32,000 nucleotides of DNA from Aliivibrio fischeri ES114 (lineage in GTDB: Bacteria; Pseudomonadota; Gammaproteobacteria; Enterobacterales; Vibrionaceae): the NCBI RefSeq assembly GCF_000011805.1, contig NC_006840.2. One strand, given 5' to 3'. A program made the position numbers and the translations under genes. Each line of letters opens with the position of its first letter. Position 1 is the stretch's first letter. Of this stretch, positions 15,784 to 23,247 are shown in pieces. Below the pieces are notes generated by a model. That model was not told the DNA's origin. It was given only the letters and a program-made list of their open reading frames with translations, and searched no databases.

Positions 15784-15993
15784 TTAGTTCCAAGGCTTTG
15801 CAGCGTTGGCTTCTTCGCAGCGTTTCATGAGCTGCACCATGTTGATGTAACGAGTACCGCGTGGCTCGTTTTGAATAAAAGGTAAATGCCCTTTATCACA
15901 TTGCTTTTTTACTGACTCAACGGTGGTACCGGAGCGTCTTGCGTATTCAGGAATGCTCAACATCGGAACATCAATCGCTAATGTCATGCTCAT
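15784..15993 (-). CDS. Small HTH DNA-binding protein (Cox/excisionase-like candidate)
   Basis: The 69-aa product has SIPEYARRSGTTVESVKKQCDKGHLP, which resembles an excisionase-type HTH. It is the second gene of the early operon. Confidence 0.5.
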   Translation of the reverse strand: MSMTLAIDVPMLSIPEYARRSGTTVESVKKQCDKGHLPFIQNEPRGTRYINMVQLMKRCEEANAAKPWN

Positions 15994-16002
15994 GATTCAC
16001 CT

Positions 16003-16188
16003 CTAGGCGTGATCTTGGTTTGGTGTGAAATCGGCTTTTAATGCACCGTTGGTAATGCGCTCAATTTCAAAAGCGCGAAGTTGTGGGACATTTTCACCCC
16101 ACTGGGAAACAGCAGAATGATCAATCTTTAATGCAGAGGCGACTTTAACAACTCCCCCAAAATGTTTAATCACAGCTTCTTTTTTCAT
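16003..16188 (-). CDS. Cro/Apl-like early repressor (YdaS-type HTH)
   Basis: The ATG at 16186..16188 lies 4 nt after GAGGTG. The sequence AVIKHFGGVVKVASALKIDHSAVSQW is a Cro-like HTH. The gene is divergent from cI. Confidence 0.7.
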   Translation of the reverse strand: MKKEAVIKHFGGVVKVASALKIDHSAVSQWGENVPQLRAFEIERITNGALKADFTPNQDHA

Positions 16189-16339
16189 ATTCACCTCAAT
16201 ATTCAGGTAAGTACCTGGTGATTTAACTCACCAAATACGGTTAGTTAAATCACTTTAACTGGTGAGTTAACTCACGTCAATAAAAAAATCACCTTAACTG
16301 GTCGGCAAACTCACCCGATAAAGATGTAAGATAACTAAC
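16189..16339. promoter_or_regulatory. Divergent cI/cro switch region with repeated operator-like sites
   Basis: GGTGA-N6-TCAC(C) dyads lie at 16217..16232 and 16261..16275. 17-mers AAATCAC(T/C)TTAACTGGT lie at 16247..16263 and 16286..16302 (16/17 identical). Extra TCACC half-sites lie at 16191 and 16311. Confidence 0.7.
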
Positions 16340-16987
16340 ATGGATACATTCGGTTCAAGACTTTTCCACTTAAGAAAAGCAAGAAAACTCACCCAATCAA
16401 GCATTGCCAAGGCATCTGGCGTATCACGTTCATCCGTAACACTATGGGAACAAGATACAAATAAACCGAAAGGCGAAAGTTTGATGGCATTGGCTAGTTT
16501 TCTTAAATGTGATGTGAATTGGCTTTTAACAGGCCAAGGATCTCCCGAACCTGCAAAACAAGAACAAGAAACAACGGTGGTTTCTGTGGCATTAAAACCA
16601 CAAGGCTCTTATCCGGTTATTTCTTGGGTTCAGGCGGGTGGATGGAACGACATTCATTTAACCGATTTGCACGATGCGGATTATTATCCGTGCCCGGTGC
16701 GCTGCAGTAAAAATACGTTTCTGTTAAAAGTGGTTGGTAAAAGCATGAACCCTGTTTTTAGAGAAGGGGAATTGATTTTTGTTGATCCTGATGTAGAAGC
16801 TGTTAATGGCAAGTATGTGGTTGCGCGTTTAGATGACGAGAACCAAGCCACATTCAAGCAGCTTATCATTGAAGATGGTAAGAAGTTTTTACAAGCCGCC
16901 AACCCTGACTGGCCAACCCCGATCATTCCTATTAATGGAAATTGCACAATTGTGGGTGTGGTTATCTCTTCAATGAAATTGTTTTAG
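16340..16987 (+). CDS. cI: CI-type repressor: XRE HTH plus S24 (LexA-like) autopeptidase domain
   Basis: The N-terminal HTH is LTQSSIAKASGVSRSSVTLWEQ. The C-terminal domain has VVGKSMNP (catalytic Ser) and ATFKQL (Lys). Confidence 0.85.
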   Translation: MDTFGSRLFHLRKARKLTQSSIAKASGVSRSSVTLWEQDTNKPKGESLMALASFLKCDVNWLLTGQGSPEPAKQEQETTVVSVALKPQGSYPVISWVQAGGWNDIHLTDLHDADYYPCPVRCSKNTFLLKVVGKSMNPVFREGELIFVDPDVEAVNGKYVVARLDDENQATFKQLIIEDGKKFLQAANPDWPTPIIPINGNCTIVGVVISSMKLF

Positions 16988-17021
16988 TGTATTGAAATCA
17001 AAAACGTTATGAGGTTCACCA

Positions 17022-17303
17022 ATGGAACATGTAACTCAATTAACAAAAAAACACCTCGAAGATTTTTTTGACGATAAACTTCAAGATTATCAATGTCCTT
17101 GCTGTAAATCCAAAGAAAAACCAGCAATTCCAACAGCGAACGATGAAGAAATATCTTTTAGTTTATTGGATTTAGTTGATATAGCTAAAAATAATTCAGA
17201 AAGCAAAAAAGTCTTATCTACACCTGCTTTACCTTTAATTTGCCAGAACTGCGGTAATATTTATAACATTGCGACCTATGTTATTTTACGACATTTTTCA
17301 TAA
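17022..17303 (+). CDS. Small zinc-ribbon protein (93 aa), unknown function
   Basis: Two Cys pairs are present (CPCC ... CQNC). The gene is co-oriented with and 34 nt after cI. Confidence 0.55.
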   Translation: MEHVTQLTKKHLEDFFDDKLQDYQCPCCKSKEKPAIPTANDEEISFSLLDLVDIAKNNSESKKVLSTPALPLICQNCGNIYNIATYVILRHFS

Positions 17304-17314
17304 AAGGCACCGCC

Positions 17315-17656
17315 ATGAATAATAAAGTATCCTTTGTTGATTTCTCCCGTGGTGATAATATCACCGAACAATCAAAGAAAAATGGTAGCGGAGAACCACC
17401 AATGACAACACTAGAACAACGGGTTAGCCATTTAGAAAAAGACACTTCTGAGATAAAAGCAGAAGTAAAACAAACACGTAAAGACCTAATCGACTTTCAA
17501 ATCAAAACGATAGAAGAATTTGGAAAAGTAAGAACGGATGTTGAAAAGGTAAGAACCGAACTACAGACTTCAATGCGACAACAAACCATCTGGCTCTTCG
17601 GCTTAAATGTCACACTGGTTGGAGTTGCGATCGCGGTTATGCGTTTTTTTCCTTAA
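17315..17656 (+). CDS. Tail-anchored coiled-coil membrane protein (113 aa)
   Basis: It has a charged helical region with an internal repeat (KVRTDVEKVRTEL) and one C-terminal TM (IWLFGLNVTLVGVAIAVM). It starts 11 nt after the upstream stop. Confidence 0.6.
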   Translation: MNNKVSFVDFSRGDNITEQSKKNGSGEPPMTTLEQRVSHLEKDTSEIKAEVKQTRKDLIDFQIKTIEEFGKVRTDVEKVRTELQTSMRQQTIWLFGLNVTLVGVAIAVMRFFP

Positions 17657-17702
17657 TTGATAAACACCTTTCATTTTTTCAATGAAATAAGATAAAAATT
17701 AC

Positions 17703-18884
17703 ATGAAAAGACAATTACAAGATAACGATAGAGAGAAAGCAAAAAGAAACATAGCCACATCAAGAAAATACTCAAAAAAAAGAATTTCATTTCAGGGAAA
17801 TGGAGCAACGATTTTTGAGAGACAAACATTCAAAACAATTTTTGGCAAACCTATTCTCCCTGTTCCAACTTGCTTTGATATTACTGAAACCGGGTTAGAT
17901 GATGAATCTGCCCAATTTCTAGCAAATTTAGAAAAGCTATTAATACAACATCCTCATATTTATTTATCATTTGAAAACACCATCTCCATTCGTTTACCTA
18001 TGTTTTTGCTGATATATGCTATTCAAGATAAATACCAATCAAAAATATCGGTTATATGGTCCAAGGGTTCTCAAGAATCAAAATTTGTAAATAGAATGAT
18101 TCGCCACTCTGGTTTTTTTCACTCTATTCAAGTAAGAACAAGTGCTCTTTTTGATAATAACATAAAAGCAATCCCTGTAATCAGTGGGAGTAACCAAGTC
18201 TTTTCTGACCTATCTGAAGACCTTTTAGATGCAATAAAAGAAAAATACTATGATGGTAATATGCCCGCCAAGGTCGAAGCGAAAATATCTCCGGCTATTG
18301 TCGAAACGCTTGAAAATGTAGGACGTCATGCTTACCCCAATGAACCTCTAGATGAAAACAAGAAATGGTGGTTAATTTGCTCTATTAGCCATTATATTCA
18401 CGACCAGAACCCATGCATGTATTTAGCTATTTATGATACAGGAAGAGGTATTCCTTTATCGATAGATGATAGTAAGGTATTTCAGAATAGAGTAAAAACA
18501 TACTATCCTGACGAATACAAAGCATTGATTCAAGGCTATGATGATAGTGGTCCGCAGAGTAAAACACAGGCAGTCAAAGGTTTCATTAACCACGTAAAAA
18601 GTCATTACACTTCACTTGGAGACAGTATCGGTGATTCGGGCTTAATTTATGCTGCTATGATGAACGATATGACACGAATTAATGATAAAAATCATGGACA
18701 AGGTAGTGCATCAATTAAAGATGTTATTACCGATGATTCCGATAGCAAATTGATTATTTTAAGTAATAAAGGGTGCTATCAATACAACAAAGGCCATGAG
18801 AATGAACATACAAAGCTAGAACTACAAAATGAACTATCTGGCACATTATTACAATGGAGCATAAATTTAAATGAACTCACATAA
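17703..18884 (+). CDS. GHKL / histidine-kinase-like ATPase with an unknown N-terminal half (393 aa)
   Basis: Ordered Bergerat motifs are ETLENVGRH (N-box, aa 201-209), YDTGRGIP (G1, aa 244-251), HGQGSASI (G2, aa 331-338) and GT at 380-381. Confidence 0.7.
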   Translation: MKRQLQDNDREKAKRNIATSRKYSKKRISFQGNGATIFERQTFKTIFGKPILPVPTCFDITETGLDDESAQFLANLEKLLIQHPHIYLSFENTISIRLPMFLLIYAIQDKYQSKISVIWSKGSQESKFVNRMIRHSGFFHSIQVRTSALFDNNIKAIPVISGSNQVFSDLSEDLLDAIKEKYYDGNMPAKVEAKISPAIVETLENVGRHAYPNEPLDENKKWWLICSISHYIHDQNPCMYLAIYDTGRGIPLSIDDSKVFQNRVKTYYPDEYKALIQGYDDSGPQSKTQAVKGFINHVKSHYTSLGDSIGDSGLIYAAMMNDMTRINDKNHGQGSASIKDVITDDSDSKLIILSNKGCYQYNKGHENEHTKLELQNELSGTLLQWSINLNELT

Positions 18885-19221
18885 AACAATACCCGTGACC
18901 ACCGAGTTTCATCCAAGACCTAAAGGCCGTTATGCTAAAGATGCACCTGGTTGTGAAAAATCATCTGGAGAAGTATTTCGAAAGCAATGTTTAGTTCCGG
19001 CTTTAAGAGAATTCGATTCCGTATTAGTAGATCTCACAGGATATAACCGCTATGGGCGCTCTTTTCTTGATGAGGCATTTGGTGGGCTAATCTCAAGAGA
19101 ACACTTTACTAAAGCTGAATTAGATAAAAAACTAACGGTAAAACATGACGATGTTGAGAGCTTTATTAGCATTATTAATGAACGCATTATATCTGCAGAA
19201 GAAAACCGACTTAAAGAATGA
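18871..19221 (+). CDS. STAS-like protein (DUF4325-type), 116 aa
   Basis: KGRYAKD..SGEVFRKQCLVPAL...VLVDLTGYNRYGRSFLDEAFGGLI fits the remembered DUF4325 consensus. Its start overlaps the ATPase gene by 14 nt. Confidence 0.65.
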   Translation: MNSHKTIPVTTEFHPRPKGRYAKDAPGCEKSSGEVFRKQCLVPALREFDSVLVDLTGYNRYGRSFLDEAFGGLISREHFTKAELDKKLTVKHDDVESFISIINERIISAEENRLKE

Positions 19222-19823
19222 CAGAACTTTTTCAATCAATTCCCTTTGAATGGGTTTTTATTACTTGGGTTCTTAGCTTAATTGTTCACCATCATGGATT
19301 AAAAAGAACTTCAATAACTAAAACAAAGGATGACTTAACAAGCTTACTCTCCGCTCTCCCTGACTTTAAATGGATAGATGATTATGAAAACACTTTGTAT
19401 TTAGAGGAAATTTATAACAATAAGGTCAACAACATACGGTGGAAGTTAAAGCAATTAAATAAATTAGCATCGATAGAGCTTCTTTCTGATGCTGATTTAA
19501 ATCCGTTACACAACTTTAATATTGAGAGTTATATCACGCGCCACTTTGATAAAAGAAAAAGGCATATTTCACGTAATACCCAAGAAAATGAAACTAGAAG
19601 ATATGAACTACAAGAGATTTGCAACTCACTTATAGATACTCTTGAGAAGCATCATTTCAATAAAATCACCTCTTCAAAATTATTTATCTTTTGGTCAATT
19701 AGGTATTCTTTTCCTTTAAAAGTCATATATGTCGCTTTAATCATATCTTTGTTAGCGATTGGGTTGATATTTATTGCAGGTATCCTTCACATTTTCAATT
19801 ACTCTTTATTGCTAAGAGTCTAA
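19218..19823 (+). CDS. Membrane protein with N- and C-terminal hydrophobic segments (201 aa), unknown function
   Basis: It shares an ATGA overlap with the STAS-like gene. TM candidates are FEWVFITWVLSLIVHH and VIYVALIISLLAIGLIFIAGILHIF, around a charged central region. Confidence 0.6.
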   Translation: MTELFQSIPFEWVFITWVLSLIVHHHGLKRTSITKTKDDLTSLLSALPDFKWIDDYENTLYLEEIYNNKVNNIRWKLKQLNKLASIELLSDADLNPLHNFNIESYITRHFDKRKRHISRNTQENETRRYELQEICNSLIDTLEKHHFNKITSSKLFIFWSIRYSFPLKVIYVALIISLLAIGLIFIAGILHIFNYSLLLRV

Positions 19824-19840
19824 TCAACGTCTTCACAAAC

Positions 19841-19868
19841 AATGCTGCCCTAATAACCGGGCAGCATT
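19841..19868 (+). terminator. Perfect 10-bp stem hairpin between the accessory island and int, with no U-tract (weak or atypical terminator or processing site)
   Basis: The hairpin is aatgctgccc-taataacc-gggcagcatt, followed by tacac. Confidence 0.35.
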
Positions 19869-19890
19869 TACACAACTCAAAGCCAAGCGT

Positions 19891-20868
19891 ATGTCTATAA
19901 GAAAACAACCAAACGGCAAGTATCTTGTTGAAATTTACCTACCGAATAAAAAACGCATCCGAAAAACCTTTGCTACCCAAAGCGAAGCGAAACGCTTTGA
20001 ACAATTTACGCAAACGGAATCCATTCAAAAACCGTGGATGCCAGCAAAAGACGATAACCGTACACTCAATGAATTAATAGAATTGTGGTATGGGTTACAT
20101 GGCCAAGCATTAAGTGATGGCCCCAAACGAAAAAACAAACTGCTCGCCATGTCTCTTATGATGAAAAACCCAATTGCAAGAGAGATTACCGCGAGCGATT
20201 TTTCAAAGTATCGCCAACTGCGTATTGAAACCGTTTCAATCAAAACAGCCAATAATGATCAAACTTATCTCAACGCATTATTTAATGAATTAAAACGCCT
20301 TGGCGAATGGAACTACAATAATCCACTCGCAGAACTGAGGGCATTAAAATACAAACAACCTGAAATGGGGTTTTTAACAAGCGAAGAGATCACACTTGTT
20401 TTTGATGAATTAGAAAAGTGCCGCAACTTTGATGCGTACTTAATTTCTAAAATATGCATATCAACGGGTTGTCGTTGGGGTGAAGCGGAATCATTAACCA
20501 GCACACAACTCACGCCGCACCGGATCACTTTCACTCATACAAAAGGTAATAAGCACAGAACCGTTCCTATCAGTAAAGAACTCTACGAAGAACTACCAAA
20601 AAAGAACGGCCGTTTATTTAGCAATTGTATTAAGTCTTTTAAAATGGCTGTAAATCGGACGGGAGTTCAACTCCCTAAAGGGCAATCAACTCACGTATTA
20701 CGTCACACGTTTGCGAGTCATTTTATGATGAATGGAGGTAATATTTTGGTGTTACAACAGATTCTCGGCCATGCTAGTATCACTGACACAATGAAGTATG
20801 CACACTTTTCACCAGCGCACTTAGAAGATGCTATTAAGCTAAACCCACTCGCCAAAAATGGCGGTTAA
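19891..20868 (+). CDS. int: Tyrosine recombinase / phage integrase
   Basis: The catalytic set is visible: CRWGEAESL (Arg), HVLRHTFASH (H-x-x-R) and GHASITDTMKYAH (His...Tyr). The N-terminal arm-binding-type motif is NGKYLVEIYLPNKKRIRKTF. Confidence 0.9.
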   Translation: MSIRKQPNGKYLVEIYLPNKKRIRKTFATQSEAKRFEQFTQTESIQKPWMPAKDDNRTLNELIELWYGLHGQALSDGPKRKNKLLAMSLMMKNPIAREITASDFSKYRQLRIETVSIKTANNDQTYLNALFNELKRLGEWNYNNPLAELRALKYKQPEMGFLTSEEITLVFDELEKCRNFDAYLISKICISTGCRWGEAESLTSTQLTPHRITFTHTKGNKHRTVPISKELYEELPKKNGRLFSNCIKSFKMAVNRTGVQLPKGQSTHVLRHTFASHFMMNGGNILVLQQILGHASITDTMKYAHFSPAHLEDAIKLNPLAKNGG

Positions 20869-20966
20869 ATGGCGGCATTCGTGGCTGCTTATGGCTTTAG
20901 ATGGTAGTTAACAACACTGTAAGCAATTGATAAGTAAAATAAGTGCTTGTTTTTATTGTGTATGAT

Positions 20967-20993
20967 GGGGTTCAAATCCCCCCAGCTCCACCA
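20967..20993 (+). other. ssrA: att core: 3'-terminal 27 nt of tmRNA (ssrA), T-arm plus acceptor and CCA, not a complete gene
   Basis: ggggttcaaatccccccagctccacca matches the conserved gammaproteobacterial tmRNA 3' end. The ~330 nt that a full tmRNA would need upstream are occupied by int and unrelated A/T-rich sequence. Confidence 0.8.
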
Positions 20994-21004
20994 AACGTTT
21001 GGAA

Positions 21005-21037
21005 AAGCCCAACTTCAAAAGAGGTTGGGCTTTTTTG
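21005..21037 (+). terminator. Rho-independent terminator (native ssrA terminator)
   Basis: AAGCCCAAC-ttcaaaagag-GTTGGGCTT followed by a T-run. Confidence 0.85.
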
Positions 21038-21196
21038 TATCTGTAAGTTGACTCCCCTCACATCTTTCGCATCATTTCCTCTGCTGAATCATTATTTACA
21101 TAAATATCATTAAGGCTTTATTTTAACCAGTCGATATATTAGTTAGACAATTCATTAACCTTTTAAAATAGTGAGTTATAACTAAGGTATGCAGCT

Positions 21197-22825
21197 ATGA
21201 AGATAAAAGATTTAAGTGTAGTAAAGAAAATATGGGGAAGTTACTTAATTGTTTTTGCCATTTTTTCAATTGTAGGTGTATTGATAATACTTAATTTATC
21301 ACGCCTTAATGACAATGTTTCGACCATCACCAATAAAAGCTTGGCTTCCATTTCTCTGTTAAAAGGAATTCAAGTTGATATAACAAAAGTACGAAAAGAT
21401 GAATTTTCACTCCTACCTAATGCCGGACATTCAAGCATTAATGATTGGTTAAAAGATTTAGACCAATGGAGAGCTGATGTTCAAACTGGAATTTCATCTT
21501 ATGAATCTTTGGCGTTAAGTTCTGAAGAAAGAGCTTCTTTTCAAATATTTAAAGAAACTTGGAATCAATACATTAAAGAAACTCACTCATATAATAACTT
21601 ACTGAGCCAAGGTAACTCTACTCAAGCTAATGAAGTGGTACTATCAAGTTTTGGCACCTACAGTAAGGCACTAACAAGCTTGGATGATACGCTGGCTCTT
21701 AATGATGTCTCTGTAAATCAAATAAGTAACGATGTACAACAAGAAGCAGACTCTATGCTTTATAGTACCGGGATCGGAGCACTGTTCATTGCTTCAACCA
21801 TCATTTTATCTTCTCTTTTTCTTTCCCGAATTATTTGTCGTCCAATCGACCGTGCCTTAGAGTTTGCATCAAAAATTGCCAGCGGACAGCTTAATAACCG
21901 CATTAATGAAGAAGAGCTAACAAAAGATGAATTAGGTACTTTGCTTAAAGAGTTAGTGACAATGCAAACCAATCTAAACACGTTAGTATCTGAGATAAAT
22001 GACTCAACTATTCAGCTAACTACAGCCGTTGAAGAAGTCAGTGCGATTTCATCTCAAACCGCATCAGGAATGCAAACTCAGCAAATGGAATTAAGCTCTG
22101 TTGCTTCAGCTATGACTGAGATGCAAGCTGCGGTTAATGAAGTTGCTCAAAATACAGAAACCGGAGTAACTTCTGCTTACTCTGCATCAGAATTAGCCAA
22201 AATCGGTAATGACACTCTTAGAAAAACCATTGAAGTGATTTCAACGGTATCTAAGCAAATTGAAACGTCAGATGAACTTGCTCAAGAGTTAGAAACCAGC
22301 TCAAATAACATTAATATGGTGGTTGATGTTATTCGCGGTATTGCAGAGCAGACTAACTTACTTGCACTTAATGCGGCTATTGAAGCAGCTCGAGCAGGTG
22401 AACAAGGTCGAGGCTTTGCGGTCGTAGCTGATGAAGTACGCTCTCTTGCTCAAAGAACACAAAGTTCAACAACTCAGATTATTGATATCATCAGCCAGCT
22501 ACAAGAAAACACTCATAAAATTGGTCAATCAAGTCGTGATTGCCAAGAAGGTATTTCATTATGTGTGAATCAAGTAAATGAAGCGGGTGAACAAATCAGT
22601 GAGATTGAACATACCGTGGATAGTATTGCTGAAATGAGCACTCACATAGCAACCGCATGCAGTGAGCAAAACTCAGTGTCAGAAGAATTAAATAGAAGTG
22701 TTGAGTACATTAATACGGCCTCTTCTGAAATGACAGAAGGTGCGTCACAAACGGCAATTGCTTGTCAGGACATCAGTCGTTTAACTCATAATTTAAAAGC
22801 CAGACTTGAACAGTTTCAGCTGTAA
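21197..22825 (+). CDS. Methyl-accepting chemotaxis protein (4-helix-bundle sensor, HAMP, signalling domain)
   Basis: It has two TM segments flanking a periplasmic domain, a HAMP region, and the invariant hairpin [38 protein letters not shown]. Confidence 0.92.
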   Translation: MKIKDLSVVKKIWGSYLIVFAIFSIVGVLIILNLSRLNDNVSTITNKSLASISLLKGIQVDITKVRKDEFSLLPNAGHSSINDWLKDLDQWRADVQTGISSYESLALSSEERASFQIFKETWNQYIKETHSYNNLLSQGNSTQANEVVLSSFGTYSKALTSLDDTLALNDVSVNQISNDVQQEADSMLYSTGIGALFIASTIILSSLFLSRIICRPIDRALEFASKIASGQLNNRINEEELTKDELGTLLKELVTMQTNLNTLVSEINDSTIQLTTAVEEVSAISSQTASGMQTQQMELSSVASAMTEMQAAVNEVAQNTETGVTSAYSASELAKIGNDTLRKTIEVISTVSKQIETSDELAQELETSSNNINMVVDVIRGIAEQTNLLALNAAIEAARAGEQGRGFAVVADEVRSLAQRTQSSTTQIIDIISQLQENTHKIGQSSRDCQEGISLCVNQVNEAGEQISEIEHTVDSIAEMSTHIATACSEQNSVSEELNRSVEYINTASSEMTEGASQTAIACQDISRLTHNLKARLEQFQL

Positions 22826-22853
22826 TTAAGTTGATTTTTCACTTATGAAAATT

Positions 22854-22886
22854 AAGCCCAACCGATTATCGAGTTGGGCTTTTTTC
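22854..22886 (+). terminator. Rho-independent terminator after the MCP gene
   Basis: AAGCCCAAC-cgattatcga-GTTGGGCTT followed by a T-run. Confidence 0.85.
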
Positions 22887-23247
22887 ATCTCACCCTACAA
22901 TCTGTTATAGCCTTCACGTTTTTTAACTTATCTAACCGCTGAAATACCTCTCTTATCGTTTAGTAGATAACATTTATCTATGTGATATGCATTTTATCTA
23001 TGGCTGACTCGCATAAATAGCATTTCACCCTATCACAACGACCTCCTATTATTAGCCTCAATAAACATTCAGTCGACGCTCTCAACACTCTTTTATAGAT
23101 AGCGTTTAGGCATGAAATACATCGCAGGGAGCACTCTGGGGAGTATCGATTAAATCAAAGGTAACTCATTGATATAACAATAAAGCTACCTTTACTCACG
23201 TAATTTTATTGATTCAAAATACTTTATCCCTTTTCAGGAGAAATCAA

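Larger units (their letters stand above)
1..20993. mobile_element. Integrated temperate phage or phage remnant. Early region is P2/186-like and the baseplate is in Mu order. Right end lies at the ssrA-derived att core; left end is beyond the window.
   Basis: Contiguous phage genes: lysis, fibre, baseplate, Ogr, gpA-like Rep, CII, Cro, CI and integrase. The element ends at a 27-nt tmRNA 3' fragment and terminator, and the flank beyond 21 kb is metabolic or chemotaxis chromosome. Confidence 0.85.

Noticed and set aside
16519-16947. ORFs 16519..16710 (+) and 16684..16947 (-) inside cI
   Set aside because: They are nested in the CI repressor gene, whose HTH and S24 motifs define the true frame.
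19050-20534. Minus-strand ORFs 19050..19235, 20025..20252, 20313..20534
   Set aside because: They are antisense to the STAS-like and membrane genes and to the integrase, with no independent support.
20630-20993. A complete tmRNA (ssrA) gene ending at 20993
   Set aside because: Only the terminal 27 nt match the conserved tmRNA 3' end. The ~330 nt upstream that a full gene would need are occupied by the int CDS and unrelated A/T-rich sequence.
22981-23040. A CRP site (TGTGA-N6-TCACA) upstream of the maltodextrin operon
   Set aside because: TGTGA at 22981 and TCACA near 23031 each lack an acceptable partner half-site at the correct spacing.
23209-23247. TTG start at 23209 for the SBP gene
   Set aside because: The ATG at 23248 is preceded by AGGAG and begins a canonical signal peptide. 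The 13 extra residues add nothing recognisable.
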